A stretch of 64,000 bases of DNA from the NCBI GenBank assembly GCA_030390025.1, contig CM059432.1:58220001-58284000 (forward strand). The letters run 5' to 3'. This document shows, in pieces, positions 26,261 through 37,984 of this stretch. The DNA comes from Squalus acanthias. Taxonomy: Eukaryota. The notes beneath the pieces are model-generated. The model saw only the letters and a list, made by a program, of their open reading frames with translations. It did no database searches and was not told the DNA's origin. Within the stretch, counting starts at the first letter, position 1; each line of letters opens with the position of its first letter. The position numbers and the translations under genes were made by a program.

Positions 26261-27274
26261 AATTAAATAAATCTGTTGGACTATAACCTGGTGTTGTGCG
26301 ACTTCTCATTTTTGTGGAGGAGTAGTTAATGACAGACTCCAACATCAGGATTTCCGCATGTGCCTACGCATGCACCAAATCCGGAAGTTGCGGTCAGTTT
26401 CAAAGGCGAATGATGGTGAACACTGCCAGTTCACCGTCATCTGGACTGCAAATTCTAGACCATAGTGTGATCAATATAAAAGAATGAAAAACTGTCAATA
26501 TTGTATAAATTTAAATATGGAAACAAGTGGCTACTGTGCTCAATACAAACAAGACTGAACAGCACATACTTATAAAAAATATTAATAAAAGATATCTGCA
26601 GTAGCAGATCAACTCCAACATCTCGAAGGTCAAAGGTTAAATCTGAGGAGTATCTGGAACAGTCCATGTTAAGCGTAGGGAGAATCAAACAAAGGTTTTG
26701 TTACTTTTTGTAATTCAACTATCTTGAAAGACTATTTAATCTACTTTCTGTAAAGAATCTCATAACGTTTTACTGATAGTATGTGCTGTAGACCTCGAGC
26801 ATAAAAATTAACCTTCCAACCATTTTTGAAAGACACATTTGTCCATGTTATAGCTACATTTCTACTGATCACTCTGTAGTAGAGGGTGAGTACTGGCCAT
26901 CAGAATTGAGTTGGTGGTTTATTTGGTGAGGAAACTGCACTGATCTGTCACTTTGTGTGAGACCTCTAATGCAATCACCTCCGCTGGAAATGACAAGCTG
27001 CTGCTCTGACTGTCAGCTTGGGCCTCTCTGATTTTCCACTTCAACAGGGAGGCATTCTCTGACCTTTTCCAATAAGCTTACTCAAATCAAGCAGATGGAT
27101 CCATAGTAAAGATAAAACACTGCAAGATAATCTTACAGATGCATTTCACTTGTTTGAATTTAGAGTGCAGCAAAACTAGTAACAGACTTGAAAAATGCTC
27201 CTTCAACATGTGTATTTTAACGTTTTATCTTTCAATCAGAGAGTTTAAGTTGAAAGTTGTCTATATAAAGAGGA

Positions 27275-27378
27275 TTAGATGGTGCAGTGGATTAGACACT
27301 GGCCTTTCACCACTAGGACCTGAGTTTGAACCCTGTCCTAACTGAAAATCTCCATCTGCTGTCTATAATACTCCTCAT
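27275..27378 (+). repeat. Decayed tRNA-derived SINE head
   Basis: A-box TGGTGCAGTGG and B-box GAGTTTGAACC; no full cloverleaf. Confidence 0.5.
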
Positions 27379-27379
27379 T

Positions 27380-27652
27380 TCACTGAGATGAGGGGAAATT
27401 ACTTCACTCAGAGGGTGGTGAACTTGTGGAATTCTCTACCACAGAAGGCTGTGGAGGCCAAGTCACTGAATATATTTAAGAAGGAGATAGATAGATTTCT
27501 AGACACAAAAGACATCAAGGGGTATGGGGAGAGTGCGGGAATATGGTATTGAGATAGAGGATCAGCCATGATTGTGTTGAATGGCGGAGTAGGCTCGAAG
27601 GGCCGAATGGCCTACTCCTGCTCCTATTTTTCTATGTTTCTCTATGTTTCTA
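27380..27652 (+). mobile_element. CR1 3' end fragment
   Basis: EMRGNYFTQRVVNLWNSLP-coding segment, 3' UTR and (TTTCTATG)-type tail. Confidence 0.9.
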
Positions 27653-27674
27653 GTATTACTCTCATACTCTAGTA

Positions 27675-27890
27675 CAGGAAACTTTCGTTTATCCGGCATC
27701 GACGGGACCGGCGTGGTGCCGGTTTATCGAAAGTACCGGATAACAGAGAGTTATATCTACCGAGGCTATTTTTAACAAAGAGACTCCAAGCAGCACGGGA
27801 GAATCTACTCATGCTACTGCAATGTTTCGGACTTGCGACAGCGCCAGGAGGCCGAGTAGTGGCACTTTTGAAAAGTACTGCAATAAATTT
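27675..27890. mobile_element. Left end of a Tigger/pogo-like DNA transposon
   Basis: TA|CAGGAAACTTTCGTTTATCCGG start with internal inverted CCGGATAAC; no right end found. Confidence 0.5.
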
Positions 27891-28373
27891 CACCCAAAAT
27901 GTACTAATTCAAACTGTACTAAACTGACTGTCTTCCTGAAGTCATTTACAGTCCTCTTCTCTTCACAGTTTACCAAACATTCAATTTTCATGTTGTGTGC
28001 AAATTTTGATATTGTGTCCCCAGAATTAACCTCTCCACCTACATGACCAGAAAGTTCACACACAAAAAAACGTAACTGATGAAAAGAAAATTGACAATAT
28101 TCTAAAATGAGTCCCTCAGATGTGGTAACTTTCGAACAATGTTTCCTTCCTCAGTGCCGACCAATATATGAGGAGTAATTTCTGACCTCTGGTGGGACAC
28201 CTTGGCCAGAATTTTCATGCTGCCATGTGTGCGAGATTGGAGATGGGTCGGGAGTAAAATGTGCAATAAATGGGAGTGGATTGGTGTTGTCTTAAAACAG
28301 TGTTCTGTTTGTTCACTTGAGTAGTAACAAATTCAGTCTTCTGGTTATAATCATTTTATTCTTTAACTTCAAC

Positions 28374-28700
28374 TGCTGTCTTTCGGATGAGACGTTAAAC
28401 TGAGGCCCCATCTGTCCTCTCAGGTGGACGTAAAAGATCCCATGGCAATATTTCGAAGAAGAGCAGGGGAGTTATCCCCGATGTCCTGGCCAATATTTCT
28501 CCCTCAACCAACATCACTAAAACAGGTTATCTGGTCATTATCACATTGCTGTTTGTGGGAGCTTGCTGTGAGCAAATTGGCTGCCGTGTTTCCCACATTA
28601 CAACAGTGACTACACTTCAAAAGTACTTCATTGGCTGTAAAGCGCTTTGAGACATTCGGTGGTCGTGAAAGGCGCTATATAAATGCAAGTCTTTCTTTTT
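28374..28700 (+). mobile_element. 5'-truncated DeuSINE (SacSINE1/AmnSINE1-like) with L2-type tail
   Basis: Recognised Deu-domain text (TTTCGGATGAGACGTTAAAC...AAAAGATCCCATGGC...GAAGAAGAGCAGGGGAG) and tail GCGCTATATAAATGCAAGTCTTTC. Confidence 0.8.
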
Positions 28701-29413
28701 CCAAATATTTAATTGGAGAAAAGTTCTGCTCATCCAGAACTGGATGTCGGACAAGCAGTCTGACAATTTAGAGACCGTGGAGGGTTCGAGAGAAGTGGTA
28801 GTGAGGTAGAGCTGGGTGTCATCAGCGTACATGTGGAAACTGACGCTGTGTATTCGGATGATGTCGCCAAGCGGCAACATGTAGATGAGAAATAGGAGGG
28901 GCCAAGGATAGATCCTTGTGAGACCCCAGAGGTAACGATGCAGGAGCGGGAAGAGAAGCCGTTGCAGGTGATTCTCTGGCAACGATTAGATAGATAAGAA
29001 TGGAACCAGGCGAGTGCAGTCCCACCCAGCTGGACGACGGTGGAGAGGCGTTGGAGAAGGATGGAGTGGTCAACCGTGTCAAAGGCTGCAGACAAGTCAA
29101 GAAGGACGAGGAGGGATAGTTTACCTTTGTCACAGTCACAAAGGATGTCATTTGTGACTTTGATGAGAGCTGTTTCGGTACTGTGGCAAGGGCGGAAACC
29201 TGATTGCAGGGATTCAAACATGTAATTGAGGGCAAGATGGGCACAGATTTGGGAGGCGACAATACGTTCAAGGACTTTGGAGATGGGGCGGTAGTTTGCA
29301 AGGATGGAGGGGTCAAGGATTGGTTTTTTGAGGAGAGGGGTGATGACGGCAGATTTGAGGGAGAGGGGGACAGTACCTGAGGAGAGAGAACCATTAACAA
29401 TGTCAGCTAACAT
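28701..29413 (-). mobile_element. L2-clade LINE RT fragment
   Basis: QSGFRPCHSTETAL, LLDLSAAFDTVDH, YADDTQLY across a frameshift. Confidence 0.9.
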
Positions 29414-29414
29414 G

Positions 29415-30540
29415 TGTTCAACCTAGGGTTTTTTATTAGCTGCTATTTACGCCACAAACTTCTCAGGCAATGTCATGCCTGGAGGCAAGGCAGCTGCAGC
29501 ATTAGAAAAGCATCCTCGTCTGTCAAGACGTGTGCCTGCTGTAGCAATCGAACTTTACTTCGTAACTGAGTTGGGTCTCCTATTCCCTCGTTTTTGGGCA
29601 ATTGACCACTGAGTTGGCACAATTCTGAAAGGGTCAGATCCCGACTTACTTCTTTATCTTCATATTCATATACTACTTGACTTTCCCCATTTGTCGTCCC
29701 TGCTGTGTGCAGGTGTTTGGTAACTATGGGGGCCATCTTAACAGACTTGTGTACCCGCGTACTATCTCCTGGTTTTGACTGGGTATAATTGTCGACACTC
29801 CCTGGATTACTACTGATACTAGAAGTATCACTTCCCCCCCTGCTTGGCATCAGAAACCTCCACCTTCAGCGGTCTTCTGAACTGTGGGGCGCTGTTGGGA
29901 GGACTGGATCATCCTCGTCATCGTCACTACTGGATTCCTCCTCGTAAGTGCGGACAGACAAGGCTGTCACTCTAACTTTTAATTCTTTAATCTTTTTCTT
30001 GTCCTCTGCTCTTTCCATCCTCTCCTCCCTCCATTTCCATACCACCTCTCTATCCTTGTTTACCTGTGACAAATTCCATAGTTCTCGATAAGCTATTCTG
30101 GTATCCTTCAATGTTCCCTGTATCTTAGCTATTGTTTCTGAGGAACTCTGCATCTGGACGCATAATTGGTGCATCTCCAACTGTTGGTTGGCAGCTAATC
30201 TCCGTTCTGCCTGTACAGCACCCAATTCGTTTTTAATCTCCCTACTTCTGCCTGTAGAGTCTCAGTCTGGCTATTCTGTTTAGTGAATTTCTCATTCAAA
30301 CTAGTTATTATTTGCACCATTGCCATTATGCAATTGTCCTTTCTTGCTTTTGTATTTTTTTTCATTTATAATTACATTGTAAAAAGCAATTTACAAGCGG
30401 AGTATAGTCGCAGATAGGGTACACGAACCTAGGCATGGGTCTTTTTGTGCTGCTTGAACAAAGGAAAAAGCTTATATTTGTACAGTGTTTTTTTATCAAG
30501 CTGGAATGGGCATTGCTTAATATGGTAGTCTCTGGCTACT
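29415..30540 (-). pseudogene. Decayed gag-like ORF of a probable ERV or LTR element
   Basis: Collinear ORFs 29866..30225 and 29473..29850 are in the same frame separated by one stop: coiled coil, acidic tract with PTAP, then MAPIVTK...RDLTLSEL...LP. Recognition is by pattern only. Confidence 0.4.
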
Positions 30541-31672
30541 GCATAGTCCAGAGACACAAGTCTACATTTTCTTCAACATACATCAAGGCCACCAATGCCA
30601 TGTTTGACAAGTCAGCCAATTATATCAACTTTGCCACTGATGAAGCCAGTGTTACTGAGCGGGCGCTGGGCTTTGCTGCTCTGGCTGGCTTCCCACGGGT
30701 GCAGAGAGTCATCGACTGCACACATGTGGCCATGAAGGCACCCCATCCTCACCCAGGAGTGTTTGTGAACCACAAGAGCTTCCACTCCCTCAATGTGCAG
30801 CTCGTCGGCAACCATAAAAAGATGATTATGCATGTGTGTGCCAGATTCCCTGGCAGCTGTCGTGACTCTTTCATCCTGCCCCTCCGGTGAGGAGTCTCCA
30901 CTGCTGTCCCTGTCTCATCCATCTGCTCTTGCTCACTTGTGACTTGTGACACACCAGGTGACAACACTACTCTATCTCACGTAGGACCCACCGAGGTGTG
31001 CGTGTCTGCGCTGGTGCTGGGTGCGCTTAGGTCTGGTGATGGTGCACCCTCAGAGGTTGGAGGCACCTCTGAGGAGTCATCTTCCTCTTCCGCCTGGACA
31101 ATGGGGGATGCTCTTGATGAACCTGTGGGGGAGTAAAGAGATGATTTACAAAAGTAATATCAAGAATGGGTAACGATACCATTATGCACATGATGAACAT
31201 TCACTGGCTGCTGACATCAGTCACCATATGAGTGACTGCTGTATGCCATGTGGCTGTATGAGACGTAATTCTGTCACCAGGTTGCTGAGAGGTCCCCCTC
31301 TCACTATCTCCCACCGCCAGCTGCTCCACAACTCCTGAGACCTACAGGGCGACCTCCTCTACTGCTGTCAACATGGCGAATGATGGAGGGCCGCATCCGG
31401 TTCTCTCCCTCTTATTGTAGGCTCTCTTCTCCTGCAAGGAGGGAAAGAAGAGATGTTTGAGTGAGAGTGATGGCATGAGTGTAAGGAATATGTAGGTTAC
31501 ATTTTTAGAGGGTGACTATGAGGGAGTGTGGTGCCAATGCCAAAGTGCCAATGCAAAGTGGCATCCTTGTGTGTTGTTAATTGGTATGATGTGGAGATGC
31601 CGGTGTTGGACTGGGGTGGACAAGTGAGAAGTCGCACAACACCAGGTTATAGTCCAACAGCTTTATTTGAAA

Positions 31673-31709
31673 TCACAAGCTTTCGGAACGCTGTTCCTTC
31701 GTCAGGTGA
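31673..31709 (-). ncRNA. Minimal hammerhead ribozyme motif
   Basis: Exact reverse complement of 31934-31970. Confidence 0.78.
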
Positions 31710-31933
31710 AGTGAAGAGATGCATATAGTCACAGCATATATAGTCAGAGAACACTGCCAGATGATTACAGTTAATCTTTCCAACTGCCCTTTATCACACC
31801 TCGGCAGAGAGATAATCACGGCCGTGATTATCTCTCTGCCGAGGTGTGATAAAGGGCAGTTGGAAAGATTAACTGTAATCATCTGGCAGTGTTCTCTGAC
31901 TATATATGCTGTGACTATATGCATCTCTTCACT

Positions 31934-31970
31934 TCACCTGACGAAGGAACAGCGTTCCGAAAGCTTGTGA
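31934..31970 (+). ncRNA. Minimal hammerhead ribozyme motif
   Basis: UCAC-CUGACGA-A-GGAAC-AGC-GUUCC-GAAA-GC-UU-GUGA, followed by AATAAA. Confidence 0.78.
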
Positions 31971-33471
31971 TTTCAAATAAAGCTGTTGGACTATAACCTG
32001 GTGTTGTGCGACTTCTCACATTCGTTAATTGGTATGATTGCATTAGGATGAGAGTGAGTGTGAGGAGTGGTTAGTCAGATGGGGATGTGAGTGTGTAGAT
32101 AGAGGGGGATGGGTGGGTGTGCATGGTATGTCGGTGTGAGTAAGGATGAGCAGGAGTAGGTTTGGGAAGGCAGAGTGATGGGGATGTGATGAGAGGAGCA
32201 GCAGGATGAAGTTGAGTGTGGCTTTGCACTCACCTTTCCTGATCTAATGAGATCATTGAAATGTTTGTGGCACTGCACCCAGGTCCTCCTCACCACATCC
32301 CTGCTGTTGACCTCCTCTGCAATTTGAAGTCAGGCTCTTTTAGTCTCCTGGGGAAGTCTCTTGCATCCATCAGCAGAGAAGAGGACCTCCCTGCGTGCTC
32401 TGACTCCCTCCACAAGAATATGTAGGGAGTCATCTGAGAACCTGGGTGCAGCCCTCTGTCTATGTGAAGCCATCTGTGCAAGACTCAGCAATAACCAGAT
32501 GGTGATATGTACTGCCTACACACTCCTAGATGAACCTTCAAATGCAATGTGGCCAAGGCTGCTTTAAATATCCTGGCTGGAAATGAGTCATCGATTACGT
32601 CATCAGACCTGCACCATTTAATAGGGCCGGGTAACGCTCAGGCCTGCCTTAATAGACGCCATTAAGGGAAAGTTGCTCTGAGGAGCGGGATGAAAAGAAG
32701 AACGGGGTCCCGAGCTGCCACCCTGACCGTCTGCACCCGACCCACCCTGGTAATGAAAATTCCTGCCCTTGTCTGTCATGATTGCATCAGAAATTTGGGC
32801 ATGTGTGGCATATGATTTTTTGAATAGTTAAATAAATGGTTGAAAATTTCTGATATACAATCCAGCAGCCAAGGCTCCCTGCCGGGCATGCAAAGTTGGA
32901 AAATTCCCCCTTTGATCTCAAGCTACCCCAATGTTGCTGCCAACCCCATATAAACAACTACTTGCAAAAGAGCAGTATGCCTTAATTGATGGCTGGTGGC
33001 AATATTGCTAATACTGGTTGTATCTTGATTCTGCCACTAACGTTTCCAAATCATATACATATTATTTAATTTTAGATTATTTTTAAGTGGATCATTGTTC
33101 CTGCTACTCCTTCAGGGATATTGTACAAAATGCAATGGGCTGGGTAGACTGCAGCAAGTGCAATGTCACCGACTTACAGTCCGACCTCATTTCAGACACA
33201 ATGGGCTGGATTTTCCGAGTGGAGGTGGATTGACGGCGGGACTGGTAGTCGGCGGGTTCCGGTCCCGTTCCCGGCTCCAGTCGGTCTGCTGAAACAATTT
33301 CCGGTTGATTGGGCTCGTTCAGCCTGCTGTGCGCGTTACCCGGCCTGATCACAAGGTGCTGGTCTGCTGAGCTGCTGTGATGACGAGTTTGCAGCCGGTG
33401 TATTTAAGGGGCCGTGTCCCCATTGGCTCTCACTTCATTATTGATGCTCCTGAGTGCTGCTGCTCTCCACG

Positions 33472-35386
33472 ATGTCTACAGAGAGACAAAAGGCTGCTCC
33501 CCCCTTCAACGATGACTCCCTCCATGCTCTTGTGGAGGGAGTCAGAGGACGTAGGGAGGTACTATTCCCAGGGAATGGAAGAAGGAAACCTCCTCAGCAG
33601 ACAAAGGCAGCCTGGCTGAAAATGGCAGAGGAGGTAACTGCAAGGTGTGTGTTCAGTCGCACTTGGGTCCAATGTAGGAAGAGGGTCAATGATCTCCTGC
33701 GTTCTGGAAAAATGAGTATTAAAGCACACTTACCTTAATTCTGCTGTGCCTGTCATCACATCCCCATCACTCTGCATTGACAACCCTACTCCTGCACATC
33801 CTAACTCACCCCAACATCCCTTGCACCATCCCCCATCCCTCTCTCCCTATGTACAGAATCACTTCCCCATCTTACTATGCACCCCTCACACCCACCCTCA
33901 ATGTTATGCAATGACAACAACTAACAACTCAAAAGGAGGAAACTTGGTAATGGGAACCCACCCCATCATAGTCTCCCTCTAAATATCTATCCTATCCATT
34001 CTTTACACTCATTCCATCACTCTCACTGAAACTCCACTTCTTTCCCTCATTGCAGGAAAAGAGAGCCCACAATAAGAGGGAGAGGGAGAGAACAGGAGGA
34101 GGACCACCATCCTTATCACAGCTCACCCATGCTGAGGAGGTTGCTCTTGACATTGCTGGAACAGTTGAACAGCTCGAAGTGGGGAACGGAGAGAGGGGCT
34201 CAGTTAACAACCTGGTGACAGAATGCTTCTCCATCCATCTTATTTGGCTTTCATGAGTGACACATATGGGACCTGATGTCAATAGAAATTGAATGCTCAT
34301 CATGTGCACAATGGGATGTGTCTGCAATCTACATATCCCATGTTTAACTCATGTCTTTACTCTCCCTCAGGACCATCAAGAGCCCCCCTCTCTACTGTCC
34401 AGGAGGAAGAGCAGAAGTTCTCCTCAGAGGAATCTGCATCCTCTGAGGGAGCAGCGTCAGCAGAAATGAGCGCACCCAGCACCAGCACAGAGACGCACAC
34501 CTCGGTGGGTCGTACGCGAGATAGAGTAGTGTTTTCACCTGGTGTATCACAACTCATGAGTGAGCAAGAGCAGATGGTGGAGACAGGAACAGCAGTGGAG
34601 AGTCCTCGTCGGAGGCTACAGGACGCTCCTAGCTCTGCTCAGCTGCATGTGGACTCTGTGCCTCTGGGGCCATCCAGAAAGAGAGCGGAGCTGGAACTTC
34701 AGGAACAAGTGCAGGAGGCTCTGACTGGGTTTGCAAGCACGGTGACTGCGAGTGTGCAGAGAATGGAGGAGTCCTTCTCGAATATGAGCAATGCCATGGC
34801 GCACGCAATGGCAAATGTAGGTACCGCCATGGAAAGGATGGCAACCTCAATGGAGGACATAAATCGCCAGACTCAGAACAACATGGTAACACTTCTAAAT
34901 AGATGGTCATCTATGGAGGATAGATGGGCATCTATCTAGGAGAGGAATCAGAGATTCATGGACGTCCTTGTTATGAGGAATGTCAGTACAGACACGGGTC
35001 CTCATGGCCCCACTGATGTGTAGCAAGGTGCTCTCCAGCTACTTGCTAGCAGAGAAGTGCGGGTGGCCCATGAGAGGGATGATGGTGGGAGGGGACATGG
35101 AAGTGGGGGCTCCTCTCCAAGTGCTCAAACTGCCATCCCCTTGCCAACTGCTCAGTCAGAGCCCCAGATGCCTCCCCGAACGGTGATGGCTGAGTCTGCC
35201 CCTGTGCAGCCGCAGGAGCAGCAGACTTTGGCAGGGCCTTCACAGGCTCCAAAACCCAGAGGACGACTGCCAAAGGTGTCTAAGCAGGCGCAGCAAGGAA
35301 GTAAGCAGGCTGCCTCTACATCTGCTGAAGTCCCAGGGGGAGCACAACGTAAAAACACGCATAAGAGAAAGCTGCCACATAAATAG
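33472..35386 (+). pseudogene. Harbinger Myb/SANT-like DNA-binding protein gene, 3 exons (33472-33711, 34056-34214, 34371-~35386), disrupted
   Basis: FNDDSLHALVEGV...AW..MAEEV...RTWVQCRKRVNDL and RERTGGG motifs. First donor mutated (ATGAGT), exon 2 one nt short versus the paralogue near 31280, stop at 34937-34939. Confidence 0.85.
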
Positions 35387-35669
35387 TAACAAGGGTTCTC
35401 ACTTGGGTGTTCTGCTAGAAATCAATGTTAAGTTTCTGTTCTTTATTTTGTTGTAATAAATTAATGTTCTGTGAATATTTGAATTTGTTGCCATATGTGT
35501 GGTCACAATTTGAAGTGACACAGTGAAGGGTGAGGGCGCCTTTTATGTCCAGCAATGGCGGTGACAGTGCAAGGAATGCACAGATCATTGTAGAGATGCT
35601 CTATGGTGTTGAAGTGTGGTCATGACAATCTTCATGTGCATGTGGCAGCCACATATCTGTGCTGCATAA

Positions 35670-37072
35670 ATGTAGGTGAATCTGGCATTGATCAGGCCAT
35701 CCCTGGCATCACGGGCAGCAATGTGCTCGCGTGCTGGTCGCAATGGGTCAGCCGCCTCTTCCAGGTATTCCTCATCTGGGATCTCATTCTGGTCCTCCTC
35801 TTCCTCCTCCTTCTCCTCTGAAGAGGATGTGCGCTCTGCGCCTTGTTCCTCATCCAGCGCTAATCCTCGCTGCAGCGCGATGTTGTGCAGGGCACAGCAG
35901 ACAACGGTGATTCTGGAGACCCTGGCTGGTGTGTACCGAAGGGCTCCACCAGATTTGTCCAGGCATCTGAAGCGCTTTTTGAGCAACCCTATTGTTTGCT
36001 CTTTGAGACTTCTGCTGGAAATGTGGCTTTGATAGTAACGCTCCTCAGACTCGTTTGATGGCCTCCTAAACGGTGTCATTAGGCACGTCTTCAGGGGATA
36101 GCCCTTGTCTCCAAGGAGCCAGCCAGAAAGTTCGTTTGGTGCAGTGAATAGCTGAGGGACAGTGGACTGGCACAGGATGTAAGAGTCATGGCAGGGAACT
36201 TGGCGCACACATGCATGATGCTCTTCCTATGGTTGCACACCAGCTGCGTGTTAAGGGAGTGGAAGCCCTTGCGGTTGACAAATACTGCTTTTTTAAAATT
36301 CGTTTATGGGGTGTGGGCGTCGCTGGCAAGGCCAGCATTTATTGCCCATCTCTCATTGCCCTTGAGAAGGTGGTGGTGAGCCGCCTTCTTGAACCACTGC
36401 AGTCCGCATGGTGAAGGTACTCCCACAGTGCTGTGAGGGAGGGAGTTCCAGGATTTTGACCCAGTTCTGATGGGGTGCCCTGATGGCCACATGTATGCAG
36501 TTGATGACGCCCTGCACCCGTGGGAAGCCAGCCAGATTGACAAAGCCTAGCGCCCGCTCAGTAGCACTTGCCTTATCAGTGGCAAAGTGGATGTAATTGG
36601 CGGACTTGGCAAAGAGGGCATCGGTAACCTGTGTGATGCATCTGTGGGCGGCCGACTGGGAGATGCCGCTGATGTCTGCTGCAGATCCCTGGAAGGACCC
36701 TGACACAAAGAAGTTGAGGGTGGTGGTGACTTTGACAGCCACTGGTAAGGAGTGTCCACCTCCTCCTCTGAGCTGCAGGTCTTGATTGAGCATTGCGCAA
36801 ATGTCTGTGACTACCTGTCGCGAAAGTCTCAGCCTCCTTTGGCACTGCTGTTCAGTCATGTTGAGGAAGCTCATCCTCTGCCAGTAAACCCTATGTTGGG
36901 GGTATCTCCTGCGGCGCAGTTGATGGCCTCTGTCCTGTGCAGCATCAGGTGGTTGAGGAGAAGGTTGGCGTTCTTGTTGTTGGTGCTGCTGGTGTGCCTG
37001 GTTCTGCTGCTGCTGCGGCTGATCCTCTTCAGACTCTGAGGACCAGGATGAGAGAGTATAAAGCGTTCCCAT
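35670..37072 (-). pseudogene. Harbinger (HARBI1-like) DDE transposase, interrupted and frameshifted
   Basis: [61 protein letters not shown]. Confidence 0.9.
36289..36464 (-). mobile_element. Short LINE 3' end inserted in the transposase
   Basis: Tail GGGCAATAAATGCTGGCC...; the transposase reads [13 protein letters not shown] across it. Confidence 0.85.
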
Positions 37073-37984
37073 TCTGCTGTTATATATGGCAGTTGAGGAT
37101 GAGATGTTATAAGCATTCAGTCAATGGGGAGAGAGGTTATTCCAAGGAGGTGACAGTGCAATTAGAGTTAACACCACATACTTACAGCCTCAAGACAGAT
37201 CAAATGTGTCTTCCAAATCCTAAAATCAGCAACCTCTGATATTTGAAAGTGAACAGATGTGAGAGTTCAGCTTTTATACTGAAGTTGCAACTCTGAACTA
37301 TTCAGCTCATTGGTACTCCCGACATACTTACCTGACATGATCTCCGAACGTCGTGAAACCCGTTGAAAATGTGCGAAGATAGGAAAAGGCTGTCAAAATT
37401 GCAGTTAACGAACACTTAACAAGGAGTTAAGTATCTTAAATCCCTCACACGCCGCTTGGTGTCGGGGCTTTTCTGAAATCACAGATCCGACACTTTGGAA
37501 ATTCACACGGAGGCGGTATCGCGAACCCGCCGTCAATCATTTCGAATTTAACAGCTGACCCGCCTCCGAACCCGCCCTCTGAGCGCTGGCAAAATCGCAG
37601 CCAACGTGTGGTACGATGTCACATATGAAAGGCTCACTGCTGCACTTGACACTCCAGATGCTCCACAGGGAGAAAAAGTCTTTACACGTCAGAATGTGAT
37701 CAAAATAAAGCTGGCAAAAATAATATTTTTAAAAAGCCTTCCAAAGAGATACATTATACTTTAGGGTTTATTCTTCAATGTGTGCTGGGTGAGTGACTCC
37801 TGCTCGGCGCACATGAGCACTCTGGAATTGGGCAGATTACGCCCAAGTGCACTCGGTGCTGAACTACTGATTCCATAGAAGAAGATTTTTGATTTTTGAG
37901 GCTGCAAAGGCTTCATTGCTGCCCCCCAAATGATTTAAGTTTATTGAAATTGGCCCCATGATGAAATCCCATAGTCTTTTGCAG

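Larger units (their letters stand above)
25442..26315 (+). mobile_element. 5'-truncated Penelope-like element: inverted pLTR, GIY-YIG C-terminus, pLTR
   Basis: Inverted arms 25474-25769 and 26013-26315 are identical apart from the poly-T tract; 14-bp direct repeat TGTGGAGGAGTAGT at 25428-25441 and 26313-26326. Confidence 0.92.
31591..32023. mobile_element. Penelope-like pLTR foldback: perfect 396-bp palindrome 31624-32019
   Basis: The arms are exact reverse complements centred at 31821/31822 (ORFs 31673..31924 - and 31719..31970 + are identical); 15-bp direct repeat GTTAATTGGTATGAT at 31576-31590 and 32024-32038. Confidence 0.92.
30575..32768. mobile_element. Internally deleted Harbinger remnant: transposase fragment on + (30575-30885) fused to a decayed Myb gene on - (30886-32480)
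   Basis: [15 protein letters not shown]...HSLNVQLV; Myb exons homologous to 33472-34939; TIR-like ATGAAAATTCCTGCCC ends at 32768. Confidence 0.85.
33203..37602. mobile_element. Full-length decayed PIF/Harbinger transposon
   Basis: TIRs GGGCTGGATTTT and AAAATCGCAGCC, flanks AAT/AAC, convergent Myb and transposase genes. Confidence 0.9.

Noticed and set aside
27275..27345. tRNA gene
   Set aside because: Only A/B boxes; stems do not form, so it is a SINE head.
31673..31970. Two identical 83-aa ORFs on opposite strands
   Set aside because: An automatic consequence of the perfect palindrome; no coding signature.
28203..32768. One large Harbinger spanning both TIR-like ends
   Set aside because: TIR match is loose, no TSD, and unrelated sequence follows the left end.
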